A stretch of DNA of 64,000 nt, taken from the NCBI GenBank assembly GCA_047495785.1, contig JBLDXI010000021.1, positions 372,001-436,000 on the forward strand, written 5' to 3'. Source of the DNA: Lepidodermella squamata (taxonomy: Eukaryota > Animalia > Gastrotricha). The notes under the pieces are model-generated. The model was given only the letters and a program-made list of their open reading frames with translations. It was not told the DNA's origin and did no database searches. Positions 34,473 to 46,772 of the stretch are shown in pieces. Numbering within the stretch: the stretch's first letter is position 1; every line of letters starts with the position of its first letter. The translations under genes were made by a program, and so were the position numbers.

Positions 34473-34800
34473 TTCAAGAGGCTTTTTAATGAAATAATCT
34501 TTAAGCGTTCTTGAAATTAAACGTCCCTATTGTTGTACGCACGACCTGAATTTCGGCTCTCTAAGTCGACCTCGTTTTTGCGTTTTTGCGAAATGCACAC
34601 GCAACTTTATTTATCTTCGCGCCAAGCGCATGCATAATATATCTTATTGAATGAAGCCATTTTTTTCCTAAATACCGCGCATATTGGAGATGAGGGAGCT
34701 CTATTCCCAACGACTCGGCCATCTAATTTCAATTCCTGAGAGACCGAGTGGCTGTTGTGAAGTGGATAGGGTAATATGAATGCTCCTTGAGTACGGAGGC
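34473..34800 (+). repeat. Degenerate local repeat, copy 3 of 3 (internally deleted)
   Basis: Starts TTCAAGAGGCTTTTTAA and keeps the CGACTCGGCCATCTAATTTCAATTCCTGAGAGACCGAGTGGCTG core. Confidence 0.8.
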
Positions 34801-37800
34801 TCATATAATATAGTACCGGGTTTAGGTATTAAAAATGGCGTATCCTGTAATTTGCGATCAAGGAGGGCTGCCGAGTAGGGTAAACACTCTTTCTGCAACT
34901 CTTTTGTCGTCTAGCATTTATTGTGTGTCACTATGTTGACAGACCCATTGTTGTAAAATTCCGCTGACAAATGATCGTGCGCTTCCAGGCATCGGCCTGA
35001 GCTATTTTCGACGTTTTTATCCTCGTCTCGTTCTTGTTATATAGCGAGTCATGGCGATTTACATCAAGGTAAATTGAAATGATAAAAAATTATCCAACTT
35101 ATAATGCAAAGCTCCCGACAATCGATTATTATCAGTCTGAACCTGCCTTTTTGTCATTTTAATTGGCCGTATTGTTTAATTTAAAGCTCTGACGACAGCA
35201 AAGCTTACTCAACATGCGTCATCGTTCTATATAAATCGACGGGTTTATTATAGGACCCAACTGTTGGAAGCAAATAACAAAGCAATAGCAGTTTTTTGCG
35301 TCAATAACTTTCAATGACGTGGGAATGTTGAAAAAAAAGGAAATGGCGCTTTTGAGGAACAAATAAGTGTTGGCGGTGTTGAGTGGAGCAAAACTCGTCC
35401 GTGTTTATGACCAGTAGTAATATTCATGTGACAGCAAAGCGAGGCGTAAATGCGTGGCGATCACTTTTCTGAAATGGACATACTTTCATCCCAATTGACA
35501 TGGTAAAAATAGCCGAAAAAACACTCAAATAAGCATAAAGTTAATTTTCCATGGCTTTCTAGATCAAACAGACTATATTTCAAGCAGACTATAAGTAGCA
35601 AGCAACTTCGATTATATTCTGCAAAAACTGGCAAGTTCCGTGAATTTAATCATAGACAAGTTAGGACAGGAAATAATTATTTCTCTCATCGGTGATCATC
35701 TGCCACGTAGATGAAGTCCCGATGAGAGATCAGTTCAATGAAGAAATTGTCAAGCTAGGTGAAGTTCTGAAGCGTGCTCAAAGTCAGTGGCAATTAACTT
35801 GAAATCGTTCGTAATTTGTTCGAAAAGTTGGCGACAGTCGTGTGTCTCGGGAAAGGATCCATTACTTGATTTTCAATTAGGTCCATAGCCAAAATGCTAT
35901 TTCGCCGATTAGGTGCGCGGCGCTTCAACATTTGACCTATGTCATCCAAAAGTCAAATTGGACGTGCGCTGGATGCATTCCGGCTGATTTTCAGGCTTTC
36001 CTCAAGTTTGCAGACAAGTAATTATCGAACATTCTCAACCAAAGCAAAATTACATAATGATTTTGTTTTATTTTTTTCTATTATACCGAGATCTAATAGA
36101 AAACGTGATTTGGCTCGGTAAAGTTCAAAATAGTTCGGAGAGGGCTATTTTAAGCTATAATAATTACGCATTCCTTAAATTGCATTCGAACAAGCGTAAC
36201 ATGTAACACGCACGTTCGTGAGAGGAAAATATGTCCGCTCGAAGTAGCTCAGCACGGCATTCTTTCTTCACATAATACATAATATGCACTTTTAATTGGT
36301 ATACTCCGATGTGAGAGTGAATTCGATCTTGCCTTGATGTCCGACTTAATTAGCAATCAGTCTGTGGTGCGAATTCCTTAAAGATGGAAGGCACGGTGTT
36401 CAGGTCGGGCATTTTAGTATTTACCGAATCTTTTGCATGGAACATTTACTGCGGGTAGAATCTTTGATTCATCATCAAAAATTAAGCTGGTAAATAAGTT
36501 ATGGTTTTCCAAGCTATCCACACGTAAAAATGGGCGAAAAGCGGCGTCGTGAGTCGTGACTATTACTTTATCTATTATGACCCCGCTTTAAGGCGATTAT
36601 ACTGAAATGGGGGAAACGTATTTTGGATTTAGGAGACCACAAAAGGTGTGTGCGGTGATGAATAACGATGCCGCTTGTTTATACCAGAATATATGCCAAC
36701 CTCAGATTTCGTCGAGGCCTCCAAACTTGAACTTCAGTAACATCTAACATGTCTTATTAATGTTTATATGTTAAATTTGCGCTTGGCAGTTCCGATGACG
36801 AATCTAACCGTAAAAAAATTGGACTCTGCTTATTACCAAAAAACCTAATGCTCAATGTTTTTAACTAGCTAATACGTAGGAGAACGTAGGCGACTTTCCA
36901 GTGGTTGCACCATACTTTCACCTAAATACGTGTTCATATATGGGCACCATCTCAAAGCGAGGCAGAACTGGAAACTCGGAAAAAAGCATTGTCATTAGAA
37001 GCCCAAGTTGCTATCGCCTGTAAACTTTCGTTTTTTATATCTCGCGTTATTTTTACCTCAGACAAAATCGGTCCGTGCGTTTCCATTCATGCGGGTACTA
37101 GATTGTCTCTGCCTTTTTGCAGACGTGTGACTTTAATTCAAATCCTTACACCCTCTTTTCTCGCTTAATTAGCGCAAATAACCGAAAAGCCCTCGAAATC
37201 AGACATACAATTAACCCTGGTTATCCAGATCATCGATTGGCTTAGCTCGGAGGCTAAGCGAGTGTCTTCATGATTCATGAGAACAGCATGCATTCGTCCA
37301 AATTTGTCGAAGAGTTTCGTTTAATTAGCAGAATACTGCACTATATTGTACCTCGATTACCTGGAATGCCTCTCTGTCTATCTTTCCGCAGTATAGAGTC
37401 GTATACTCAGTCGTAGCAATCTTCGTTAATGAGCAATTAATGAGCAATTAATCAACTTGATCAACTAAAAGATCACTTGAAAGACAATTCGCCTAATTGT
37501 CAATTTGTTAATGGAAATTTCGATCCATTTCGATCAAGTCTTTCTAGTGTCACATTTTCCAATTTTTGGCTAGTAGAGCAAGAAGTTACAGTTTTCAGCG
37601 CGACAAAATCCCCAAATTTTTGAAAAGTTAGTACTGGAACGACTGTCTTCGACGTCATTTTTTATTCTAACTCTTATTTTCACGTAAAAGGCACGTGAGA
37701 CATGACGTAAATTACCTTTTTATTGAGCGTCATAGACACCTGACCGTCTACCCGTCTCTGTAAATTTAAATCTAAAAGATTTCAAAAATTAAGCCGTCTC

Positions 37801-37809
37801 GCTGGCTGG

Positions 37810-37853
37810 CGCAAAAGCAGGATATTCCTGACTGTGCGTATCCTGCTTTTGCG
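37810..37853. repeat. Perfect 15-bp inverted repeat (hairpin)
   Basis: CGCAAAAGCAGGATA, 14-nt loop, TATCCTGCTTTTGCG. Confidence 0.8.
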
Positions 37854-39352
37854 TGGGATCTGAATTTCCCACCCACGCCGCATAGAGTCTTGGAACCTAA
37901 TGATTTTTCCTTTCCCTTGGGAATACGTTCATGGATGAAGTCATTGAATAACCATTAAAAAGTTCGCTCGCATTTTGTCATGTCACGTAGTCACGTGAAT
38001 TCAAAATCACTTGGCGTGGGCCAAGCGCGAAATTGCCTCATTTGCGAGTCATTTCTCTTTTATCCTTCACTCCCATTTACTATATAGTTCTCTTATATCG
38101 CCTGAGGCGAGGGGGGCCAAAGCCGTTTCCGATCAATCAGGCCGGGCGGTTTTGGTTACAAATTCCTTTGAGATTCTCTATCTTATAATCCTAGAATTCC
38201 GATAAAAAGGCTCCGCCGCCTCCTTCTCGAAATGCTTCAAACAGTGAAAGTTTTCGCATCCGGGCCGGTCTATAATCCGGACTATTTTCAATGGCTCGTA
38301 ATGTGGGCTTTCCAAGCAATAATTATTGATGGTCTCAGCCGAACTACTTTGCCGAAGATTTTTCGTATTTTAGATATCAGATAACTTTCGCTTTTTTAAT
38401 TTTCACTGCGAGACCAGGCTAAAGTTCAAATCCGAGTCGGGGTCAATGTCGCTCAAGTTTTATGAGACCTTTTAGCTTATGAAATCGAGTGGGAAGAAAT
38501 GTCCTATTCAACCACGCTGCAGCTATTTTTATGCGTTTCCTTTATTTTAAGATTATATTAAAAGTCAATGATCGTCGTCGTAGGAGTCTATTTCGAATAT
38601 TTGTGCGCCGTTGACAGTCTTATTGCGCCTCATTCCACTTTTTAGAAGGATGAGTATCAAACTTGACGCTCTCGATAGAAGTCAAGTGCGGGGGGTTCCA
38701 TGTGGTTTTTGTGATCTGGTGCAATTCGACCTAGAGTATTATTTAGATTTTAGGTTTTCCTTGAATCCTGCCTAATAAGGTATGATAAACTATTTTACTT
38801 GTTAATCGTATTTGTTTTGATTCTGGCATTTTCGTTGTCATACACTTCACAAAATGCACAGACTCGTTTGTCAGCGTAATCGACTGTGAAACGATTTCAC
38901 GGATACTTTTATCAACTCTATCTTGATGTTTCAGAAAGACACGTGTCCAGTCCTAGATTTTACTAATAAGCGCACTCGAGTCCGTGTTAATCTGTAAAAG
39001 TGATTAGCACTATGTCCTGCGTCCCGTGTTTATGCCTGCGTTCTCAATGTTGGTCCGTGTCAAATTAGTCGAAATGTATCGCAAGTTAGATGAGCCGTCA
39101 AATTTTGTTAGTCACGCACTGATTCACTGCGATGGCGTTCTCATTTGTCTTTCCGCGACTCTGTGATCGAGCCAATTAATTAGCCCACGCGCTGAAATGA
39201 GAATTGGGCTTTATACAACGAATAATTACTTTATTAACGTTATTGCAAAAACAAGTAAAACAGAACGGCGGAAAAACGACACGCATGACAAATTCATTTC
39301 ACGTCGTTTGCAGCTTTTTACTCGAGCTTATCGAGGCGCATGAGCAATTCTG

Positions 39353-40698
39353 TTACGGAACACCCGCGAGTCCTCCGCCCGCCATCCCCCACTCAGGATT
39401 CGTATTAGCCAAACGCCGCATGCGCCTATAAAAAATTTAAATTAATAAAAAATCCTTCTCAACATTTTTTTCGCAAAATTCTCACCTTGTAATACGATCT
39501 TGATCTTTGAGTTTTTTCGCCATTTCTGCGTCGCTTAAAACATCGACAGTAGGCCCCCATTGGTCGGCTTCATTCTGAGCCCTAAGCGGGACTTCAACCG
39601 GGGGTAGCATTTGAGATTCGCCCGAAAACGCGTAGACACCCTGGTACCAGGCCAATTGACCGCGGATCGAATACGCGATAGTCGATACAAATTCACCGCC
39701 CAGCCCTAACTCAGCGCACAGCTTCTGCGCGAACTGCTCCGGATTATTTTCCGGGTTTGACATGTCCCATTCGAACTGATCGACTAGACACAAATTTCCG
39801 ACATGTATATTCAGCTTAATTACAACTCGACTGTCTGACTGCTCTGTTATGAATGATGAATCAGCCGACGTAAAGCCGTCTAGTTGTTGACGTATGCGTT
39901 GAGCAATAGCTGCGGAAATCATTCAATTAGTTTAATGTGGTCACATTGTTTAATTAAATTACGTTGAGCAAATGTTGTTGGGTTCAGGTCGAGATCTTCG
40001 CATAAAATTTCGGCGAAAGCTTCCGGCGTGATCAGCTGTTCGTTTTTATTCCAAACGAAGCAGTCGCGCAATTTCGCGCCCTCTAGTTCTAGGTCAAGGC
40101 GGATAGGCACCAATACCTCGGCCTGGTTAGCGTTTTCTGTCAGCTTAAACGGGTCCAGATCGTCGAAGCACATCGGGAAAGACGTGGCTTTAGTGCGCAT
40201 AGGCATGAACCGGTTGTGATTGACCGGGGTGCAGCACGGAATGGCTTCGAGGTGGATTGAAGTCGAAGGCATTCCTGACACCCACGGCGACGCCCCGGCA
40301 GCAGCGGCGGCCGCGGCGCCTCGTTTCGTCGTAGTTTTCACGCTATCATTGCGCGACATAGCAGGCGTAGGCGCCGTAGTTGGACCTGCGGGGCCTGTTG
40401 GGACTTTGAAATTTGCGTCAGTGCCGTCCATAATTCCAGCAATTATCGCATCGACCTCAGCGGCTTTTAGCAACATGCAATTCTGGGTGATGGCGCCAAA
40501 CGGCACCACGCCCTGGTCTACCAGTAGCTTCCTTTCGTCGTAAGTGATTTGCCGCTTCCATAGCTGCGGGTACTTTCGGTAGATAGTGCCGCGAAATAGT
40601 CGCAGGTAAGCGCCGACTTCAGACCCGATGTAGTACTGCTCGCCTTCGAGTTCGATTTTTTTGGGCTTTTCGCCAAAAGTGGCCGTGCCAACGTCCAT
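39353..40698 (-). CDS. SMARCB1: SWI/SNF subunit SNF5/SMARCB1
   Basis: Exons 40698-39963, 39909-39486 and 39425-39353. Motifs [63 protein letters not shown] and [15 protein letters not shown]. Confidence 0.97.
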
Positions 40699-42097
40699 TA
40701 ATCACTTTTGTTTATGTTATTCGGCGTAATTACAATTCAAAAATGACCACCTACGTGATAGAAATTGCACAGATTAATTTTTTAAATTACCTATTCACAC
40801 TTGAGTGGACAGTGACACGGTGTCTCATTCGTTCTAGTAACGCACAACGCGCGGCGGCCATCATAAACGTGGGCAGCGCGATTAGCGACTGAAAAAAAAT
40901 CACTCAAATAATGACGCGCGTAGTAAAATCGATAGGTAATCCTGTAATTCGCGGGTGACAATCTCATTGGCCGATTAAGCGATGGGCGAGATAACGTAGG
41001 ATGCTTACAAACGCCTTCTCTAATCTAAGCTAAAACCTTTTAAGCATCATAAAAATGTTTATCGCTAGATTTTAATCTTGCTCAAACACGCTTACCGGAT
41101 ATTTGGGCATTCAAGGTTATAGTCGCGCTAATTTTAGCGAGAGGCAACGATTTTTTCAAGATTAGCAATTTTTTTGAACAAACTCTTCCTGTATCTTATC
41201 AACTCGCAAAATGAGTCAGTTTTTACCCTCTAAGTGGAATTTCACACACAGCTAGCTAACAATTCTACATTTTTATGGTTATGGATTGCCTAATTGGCCC
41301 AATCATTTGAATTATGCGCGCGTGTTTTCTCCATATGAATTCCTCTCTAATTACTAGCGGAGTTTCTCCGCGTTGAATTGGGCATTCGTCCACGCGAGTC
41401 ATCAAAGTTCGAAGTCAGACAGATCTCATTTCATCGCCAAAGCCAAGTTCTTGTTACTCGATTGTCTAACTGTCTTTCGAAAAACAGGTACGACAAATTA
41501 ATTCCCACTATGTCAGTGTGAACCTAATTCGATTTACAAAATCAGGGCGCGAATCGCCCTGAAATTCGCAAAACATGTCCAGATGACAATTATGTCAATA
41601 ATCAATTTTCTGGATACAATTTTTGTCGTGACAGCTGTGCCCGATTTATTTCCCGTCTCGAAGCTGTCACGGTTCTCTTTATTTGCATTCCGATTTTTTC
41701 GTTAATTCGAATTTCCCCCTCTTACTTAACTTGATCCGACGAAACCTACTCGATGTAAAAAAAAGCTCCTACTTCCGGTCCAGGATAGAATTATTGCATG
41801 CGGCTACTTAGTCGGATATTGCAACGGCTAACCTGGTCCTATCGTAGGTGTTTAATATTTTATGAATAGCTCATTAATATCCAGTCTATAACTTGTTAAC
41901 ACTCATCCTGGCAAAAAACGCTAGGTCGCTCTTTACTACAAATTTTTAATGAATATATAACAGGCTAGAACAAAATGATAGACCCCATCTGCATTACTTA
42001 AAAACTTATCACCCCTGGAGGTGACCTAAGTGTATGATAGATCTTTAACTAAGTTGCGCGTTTTTATTTTATAGAAGCTTTAAGATAAAATAACTGT

Positions 42098-43217
42098 ATG
42101 CTACCTATGAGCCCTTCAATGCAAGCCTATCAATCCGACATCTTGAGTGAAATGGCAATGGACGACATTGACCCGGGTATGGATATGGAGGGTAGTGGTA
42201 TGGTCGATGACGAGGAAACACAACGTCTCGTCGCCGAGAGCCATCAACGAGCATTGCCCGTCAATATCGTTTGGATGGTATCAACAGGACTAGGTGTCCT
42301 TGCAATAATGTGGGCATTCCTCGTTGCTCTCAGCAATCGCTCGGTCATAAGCGCTAAAGAAGTACCATACATCGGCTTCTTACTCGCTAACTTTCTCGTA
42401 CTGGTGGTTGTAGAAATTCCTGATATCATTATTTTCACAACGGGAGAACCTGTGCACAATGAATGGTCAAAATTTCTGTACGAAACTGTGAACAACATTC
42501 CATTATTCAATTTGGCTTGGATCGGTCTCCAGAACTGGATAAATGTTTCGCATCCTGAGTGGCTATCTGCAAATAAGTCTGTTGCTATTGGCGCTATTAC
42601 TTGGTCGTTTGGCATCGCATTAGCTCTGCCCCTAAGTATCTCGTTTTCTCTAATCGACGAGGATGAGGAGTACATGACGAAATACGTTCCTTTGTTCATC
42701 ACTTCCTTCATTCTTCAAAAAGCCCTTCCGTTGGGATTTGCTGTAGTAACTAATCTGCTGGCTAACTTGGCCTTGACAGCGAGGCTGGAGCAATACTCCG
42801 AATCTCGGCAAAAGCAGTTTTGCTGGCCATTCAAAGTTAAAGCCACGCGTTCCTACACCATTGACTTCATCACAACAGTCCTATTCACCTTCGTATGGAT
42901 TTCAGAGGATGTGCACATTCTTGTGTACCTAACCAACGGGTAAGCCAATCTAAAGCTTATTATTATTATACCATAATAACGCATTCAATTTTTGCAGGGC
43001 AAATATGGCAGGTCTAGAACTATATCACATTGCCATCTACAACCTCATCGAAACTACAGCGTTGTTTGTTTCGACCGTGTTGGTGGCAGTAGGAGTCGAC
43101 AATCTACGCCGCGTTTCCTGCTGTAGAGACCCCAGTGTAGACGCAAGTGAAAAATCTCTCAATGATCCTGTGGCAAAGCTACTAAATGATTCTCTTGAAG
43201 ATCAATGTCACCCCTAA
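42098..43217 (+). CDS. Divergent rhodopsin-like 7TM receptor, 2 coding exons
   Basis: Seven hydrophobic segments across ORFs 42098 and 43005, joined by intron 42940-42997. TM3 ends LAWIGLQNWINVSHP (DRY-x-x-V-x-x-P position), TM4 W...LALP, TM5 LPL, TM6 FTFVW, CC after TM7. Confidence 0.7.
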
Positions 43218-44035
43218 ATTATGAATATATTTGTAAAGTGCAACCATTAATGCAGTATTTTTTTGCTATTGTTTAATTGCGTCATGTAAAACTGATCTCA
43301 GGTGCGTATTCATACTCACTAATCATGTTAATTATTTCATTCGTATCAACACAGCAACTCAACAAAATATTGCTGTTTTGGCGATTATTATATTGGTGTT
43401 GTACACTTGAATAACGTGATATAATCCACCTTGTTATGTGCCTAGTGCACTCAAATGTAACTTAAATGACTAGGAACGGTGAGAATAAATTCAACGCTCG
43501 TTTGAGATGCTTCGACTATTTGCGCAAAAACTGTGTCATAAGAACCTACCTAACCATCTAATTGAATTTATAGTAACAGATGGTAACAGTCAGTAGTTAA
43601 CATTTGAAGAACACTGATAGCGGACTTGCAAGGAAAAATATGAATATGGTGCTTATTTAAAGAGGAATAATGCGAATATCCAGTATCCAGTAATATAAAT
43701 AATGTACGTAAATGTTAAAATTTTTAGTAACTTGAGATACAAACGGACGAAATAAATTAAACTGAATCAACGATGGAAAAAGAGCAAGATAGCAGATAGC
43801 AGCAAATAGGTAAATTCATTAATCCTCGAACAGATAATGCAGAGGTCATGCTACGACCTTATTCTTGGAGGGATCTTCGCGAGGCATATATGTCAAAGAT
43901 AGGGAATCGTTAGCCGTTAGCATTTCAAGACTGACCCTAAATACAGTCCTCTTTGGAAACAGATCGAATTAACGAAAAATTCGCTGCAATGTTACCAAGT
44001 CTAAAGCCATGAATGTTGAGTCGAAAATGTACATA

Positions 44036-44172
44036 CCGGGTCGCCAAAATGCCGCAGAAGGGGAATTTGATGCGCATAATTTTAATGAGGAGTGTCATTG
44101 GCAATTTCTTAAAACTCCTCATTAAATTGATGCGCATCAAATTTCCCTTCTGTGGCTTTTGTGGCCACCCTA
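44036..44172. mobile_element. Tc1/mariner-type MITE, copy 2 (same family as 2763-2936)
   Basis: TA-CCGGGTCGCCAAAA...GATGCGCATAATTTTAATGAGGAG...CTCCTCATTAAATTGATGCGCATC...TGGCCACCCTA-TA. Confidence 0.85.
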
Positions 44173-44939
44173 TAGGTCCTCAAACCACGGAACACGGAAG
44201 TTGCAAGTTCGGGAGTTTCTTGCGGAGAAGAAACAGCACTCGGGAAGTGATAAGTGATCCGGCTGAATCTTCTCAATTTCGGCGTTCAATTTTTGAAGCT
44301 TAAATGCCATCTCAATCATCATTTAGAAATACTTTGATGGGGTTGAAGTCATTAACAAGACCCAAATAAATAGCTGTATTAAGCATTAATTGCACCAGAC
44401 TCTTGACCAGGCGCGGAAACTCTTTCGAACATTCATATGCATACCTAAATCTCACACAGATATCATGGCTCATTCTTCCTTACAAGACGTTCGAAGTTGG
44501 CATTGTTGAGCCTATGAGTCGACGAGTCGGCTTTCGGCTTAGGCATTAAAGGCAGAAATCTAGTAGACTGGCAACTGACAATCGTACCCAGCTTTCTTTT
44601 CCGGTAAAAAAAATGACACGGAAAAGTGATACTTCAGTCAGTCAGCTCAGCCACGAGTCACGAGCCTCAACTTTCTTAAAACACACCTTGGAGGTGAGCC
44701 GGTGGAACGAAAACTTGATCAAACCTTGCAAACACCGGACTTCGGACTCCCCGCGCAAAACCAGAGGTAAAACAAACCCATACAATTTTTCAGCTGGTTA
44801 TAAATTCGGTTTTTTGTTGTTAAGGCTTATCATTAAAGTCATTATACGAAAAACTGGGGTTGATGATTTTGGCGCGCAATTCTTTTTTGTTCGGAAACCA
44901 GCAGCATTTTTTATTTAGCTCAGGTGTTCTCCTGCGCTC

Positions 44940-45887
44940 CCCAAGGAAAAAAGTTAGAATAGATCGACAGTCGATGTAGATGTCATTTAGATGTGATCTT
45001 TTTTGATGCGAGGATGCATCTTAGATGTAACTTACATGAATCGTGGATGATCGCTAAGCTTCATGTACAATTCATCCGAGCATCATCTTAACATGAAGCC
45101 ATGATGATACATGGCCTTATCTACATGATATCTACACGACAAGTAGATGCGATCTACATGACAAGTAGATGGGATCTACACGACATCTACATGACAAGTA
45201 GACGGGATCTACATGAAATCTATATGACAAGTAGATGCGATCTACATGACATGTAGATCTCATCTACATGGCATCTACATTTCATGTAGATGTGCACTAC
45301 ATAATTTGACAAAATCATGTCATAAAGATGTCGTATCGATAAACACCTTAAGATTATGGGTAATTTTTAGCCGACATGACTTCTATCATTGAACTCTTAA
45401 TTAGTATTGTGTTAATTAATTAAAATAATTTCACGAGAAGCCTTTAGGGAACCCTTTAGGCTCTGGGTTACCAAGGCGCTACCCTCAGCTCGCGAAGGCA
45501 GGGAGTGAACGCTTAGGTTAAAGTCACCCACGCCCAGTCTCGTCAAAAACCGTCTGAATATGAGTTAATTAGAGAAAAATTGGTTTGACCACCTCTTTGA
45601 GTGAGAATCGAAACGACAGCTAAATTGATTTGCATATGCACACTTTTGAAAATACTCAAATTAATTGCTGTAGACTTGGTTGCATCTAAGACACATCTAT
45701 ACATCATGTACAATTCATCTTTCATGATTCCTAAATGATGGAGTTGACATGTAAGATGCATCTTGTACCCATCTAGAACACTTGTTTGACATGCATCTTA
45801 CATGTGTCTTACATGCAGCCGACATGAGACGGTCTCATATAGATGACATCTACATCAGGCCAGGATGATCCCTTTTTTTTCCTTGGG
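44940..45887. mobile_element. Non-autonomous CMC/EnSpm-like element with subterminal repeats
   Basis: TIRs CCCAAGGAAAAAA / TTTTTTCCTTGGG with TC on both flanks (2-bp TSD). Arrays of ATCTACATGACAAGTAGATG-type repeats occur in both orientations near both ends. Confidence 0.8.
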
Positions 45888-46772
45888 TCCCTTGCGGTCT
45901 TCTGCTGGAAGCTGGGTAGCCAGTTGGGCGCAATTGGGTTTACAGTTAAAAGGGCAAAAGTAGTTTCATGTCGACGTTCAAGCTGACATCTGACATGCGA
46001 TTACGGTTTAGGCACTTCAATAGCGAAGAACACGTTTTGCAATTAACTTATTTTGGCTGCTAGATGAGCTGTTGAATTTCAGATCGAGGCATTTTCAGAC
46101 TTCGCGATAAGTTTATATGCATGCTGCTAGCCCAATTTTTATGGTATGGATGTTCAATCGTTTCGATGATATAGGGTGTCGAATAAGTCGCGCAACTACT
46201 CTTTGGGTTCCAAACATTTTCAGAGAATTGTGATTGTTTTGATATATATCAGCTATACTGAAGCTGACTAAGTACTTATCCTCTCGAATTTGTGCCTCCG
46301 CGCCGAACGCAAAGGGTGTAAAGCCGTTATCGTCATCATTTATCCGGAAGCAGTTTGTATCCGTTATCTTAGATCTACGATTTCGCCGAAGAAAATCCGA
46401 CATCCTTGTGGCTTATGGCGGATGAGAATGGCTCGTTTGATTTCGGTATATAATCGTGAGCTTTATCCCATGATTTATCGCTGCAAAATAGGTATCATTC
46501 ATCTCATCTGTCGATCGTATAGTTTCAAGCTATATGCTTTGCCACTCAAATGACGAAGTTGAGTGGTTTGATTTTTACCAAATAACGAGAAAGCAGACCG
46601 ATATTAAAAGATGACTTAGTTTCTCGCCATTTTTGTTCGTGAAACCCAAAAATTTTCCCATACTATTCTGAGATTCTAGGAACTATTTGATAATCTAGCA
46701 ACTCGCAGTTGGCGTTCGGCTTTTTTATTGAGAATATCTTATGCTTCTAGATTGGCTTATGATAATATTACG

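Noticed and set aside
30468-39431. Short ORFs listed in the spacer, and antisense ORFs over real genes throughout the window
   Set aside because: They have no motifs, often non-ATG starts, and either derive from repeats or shadow genuine CDSs on the opposite strand.
45120-45290. CRISPR-like array of short palindromic repeats
   Set aside because: There are no unique spacers and no cas genes, the context is eukaryotic, and the repeats are subterminal repeats of a TIR element.
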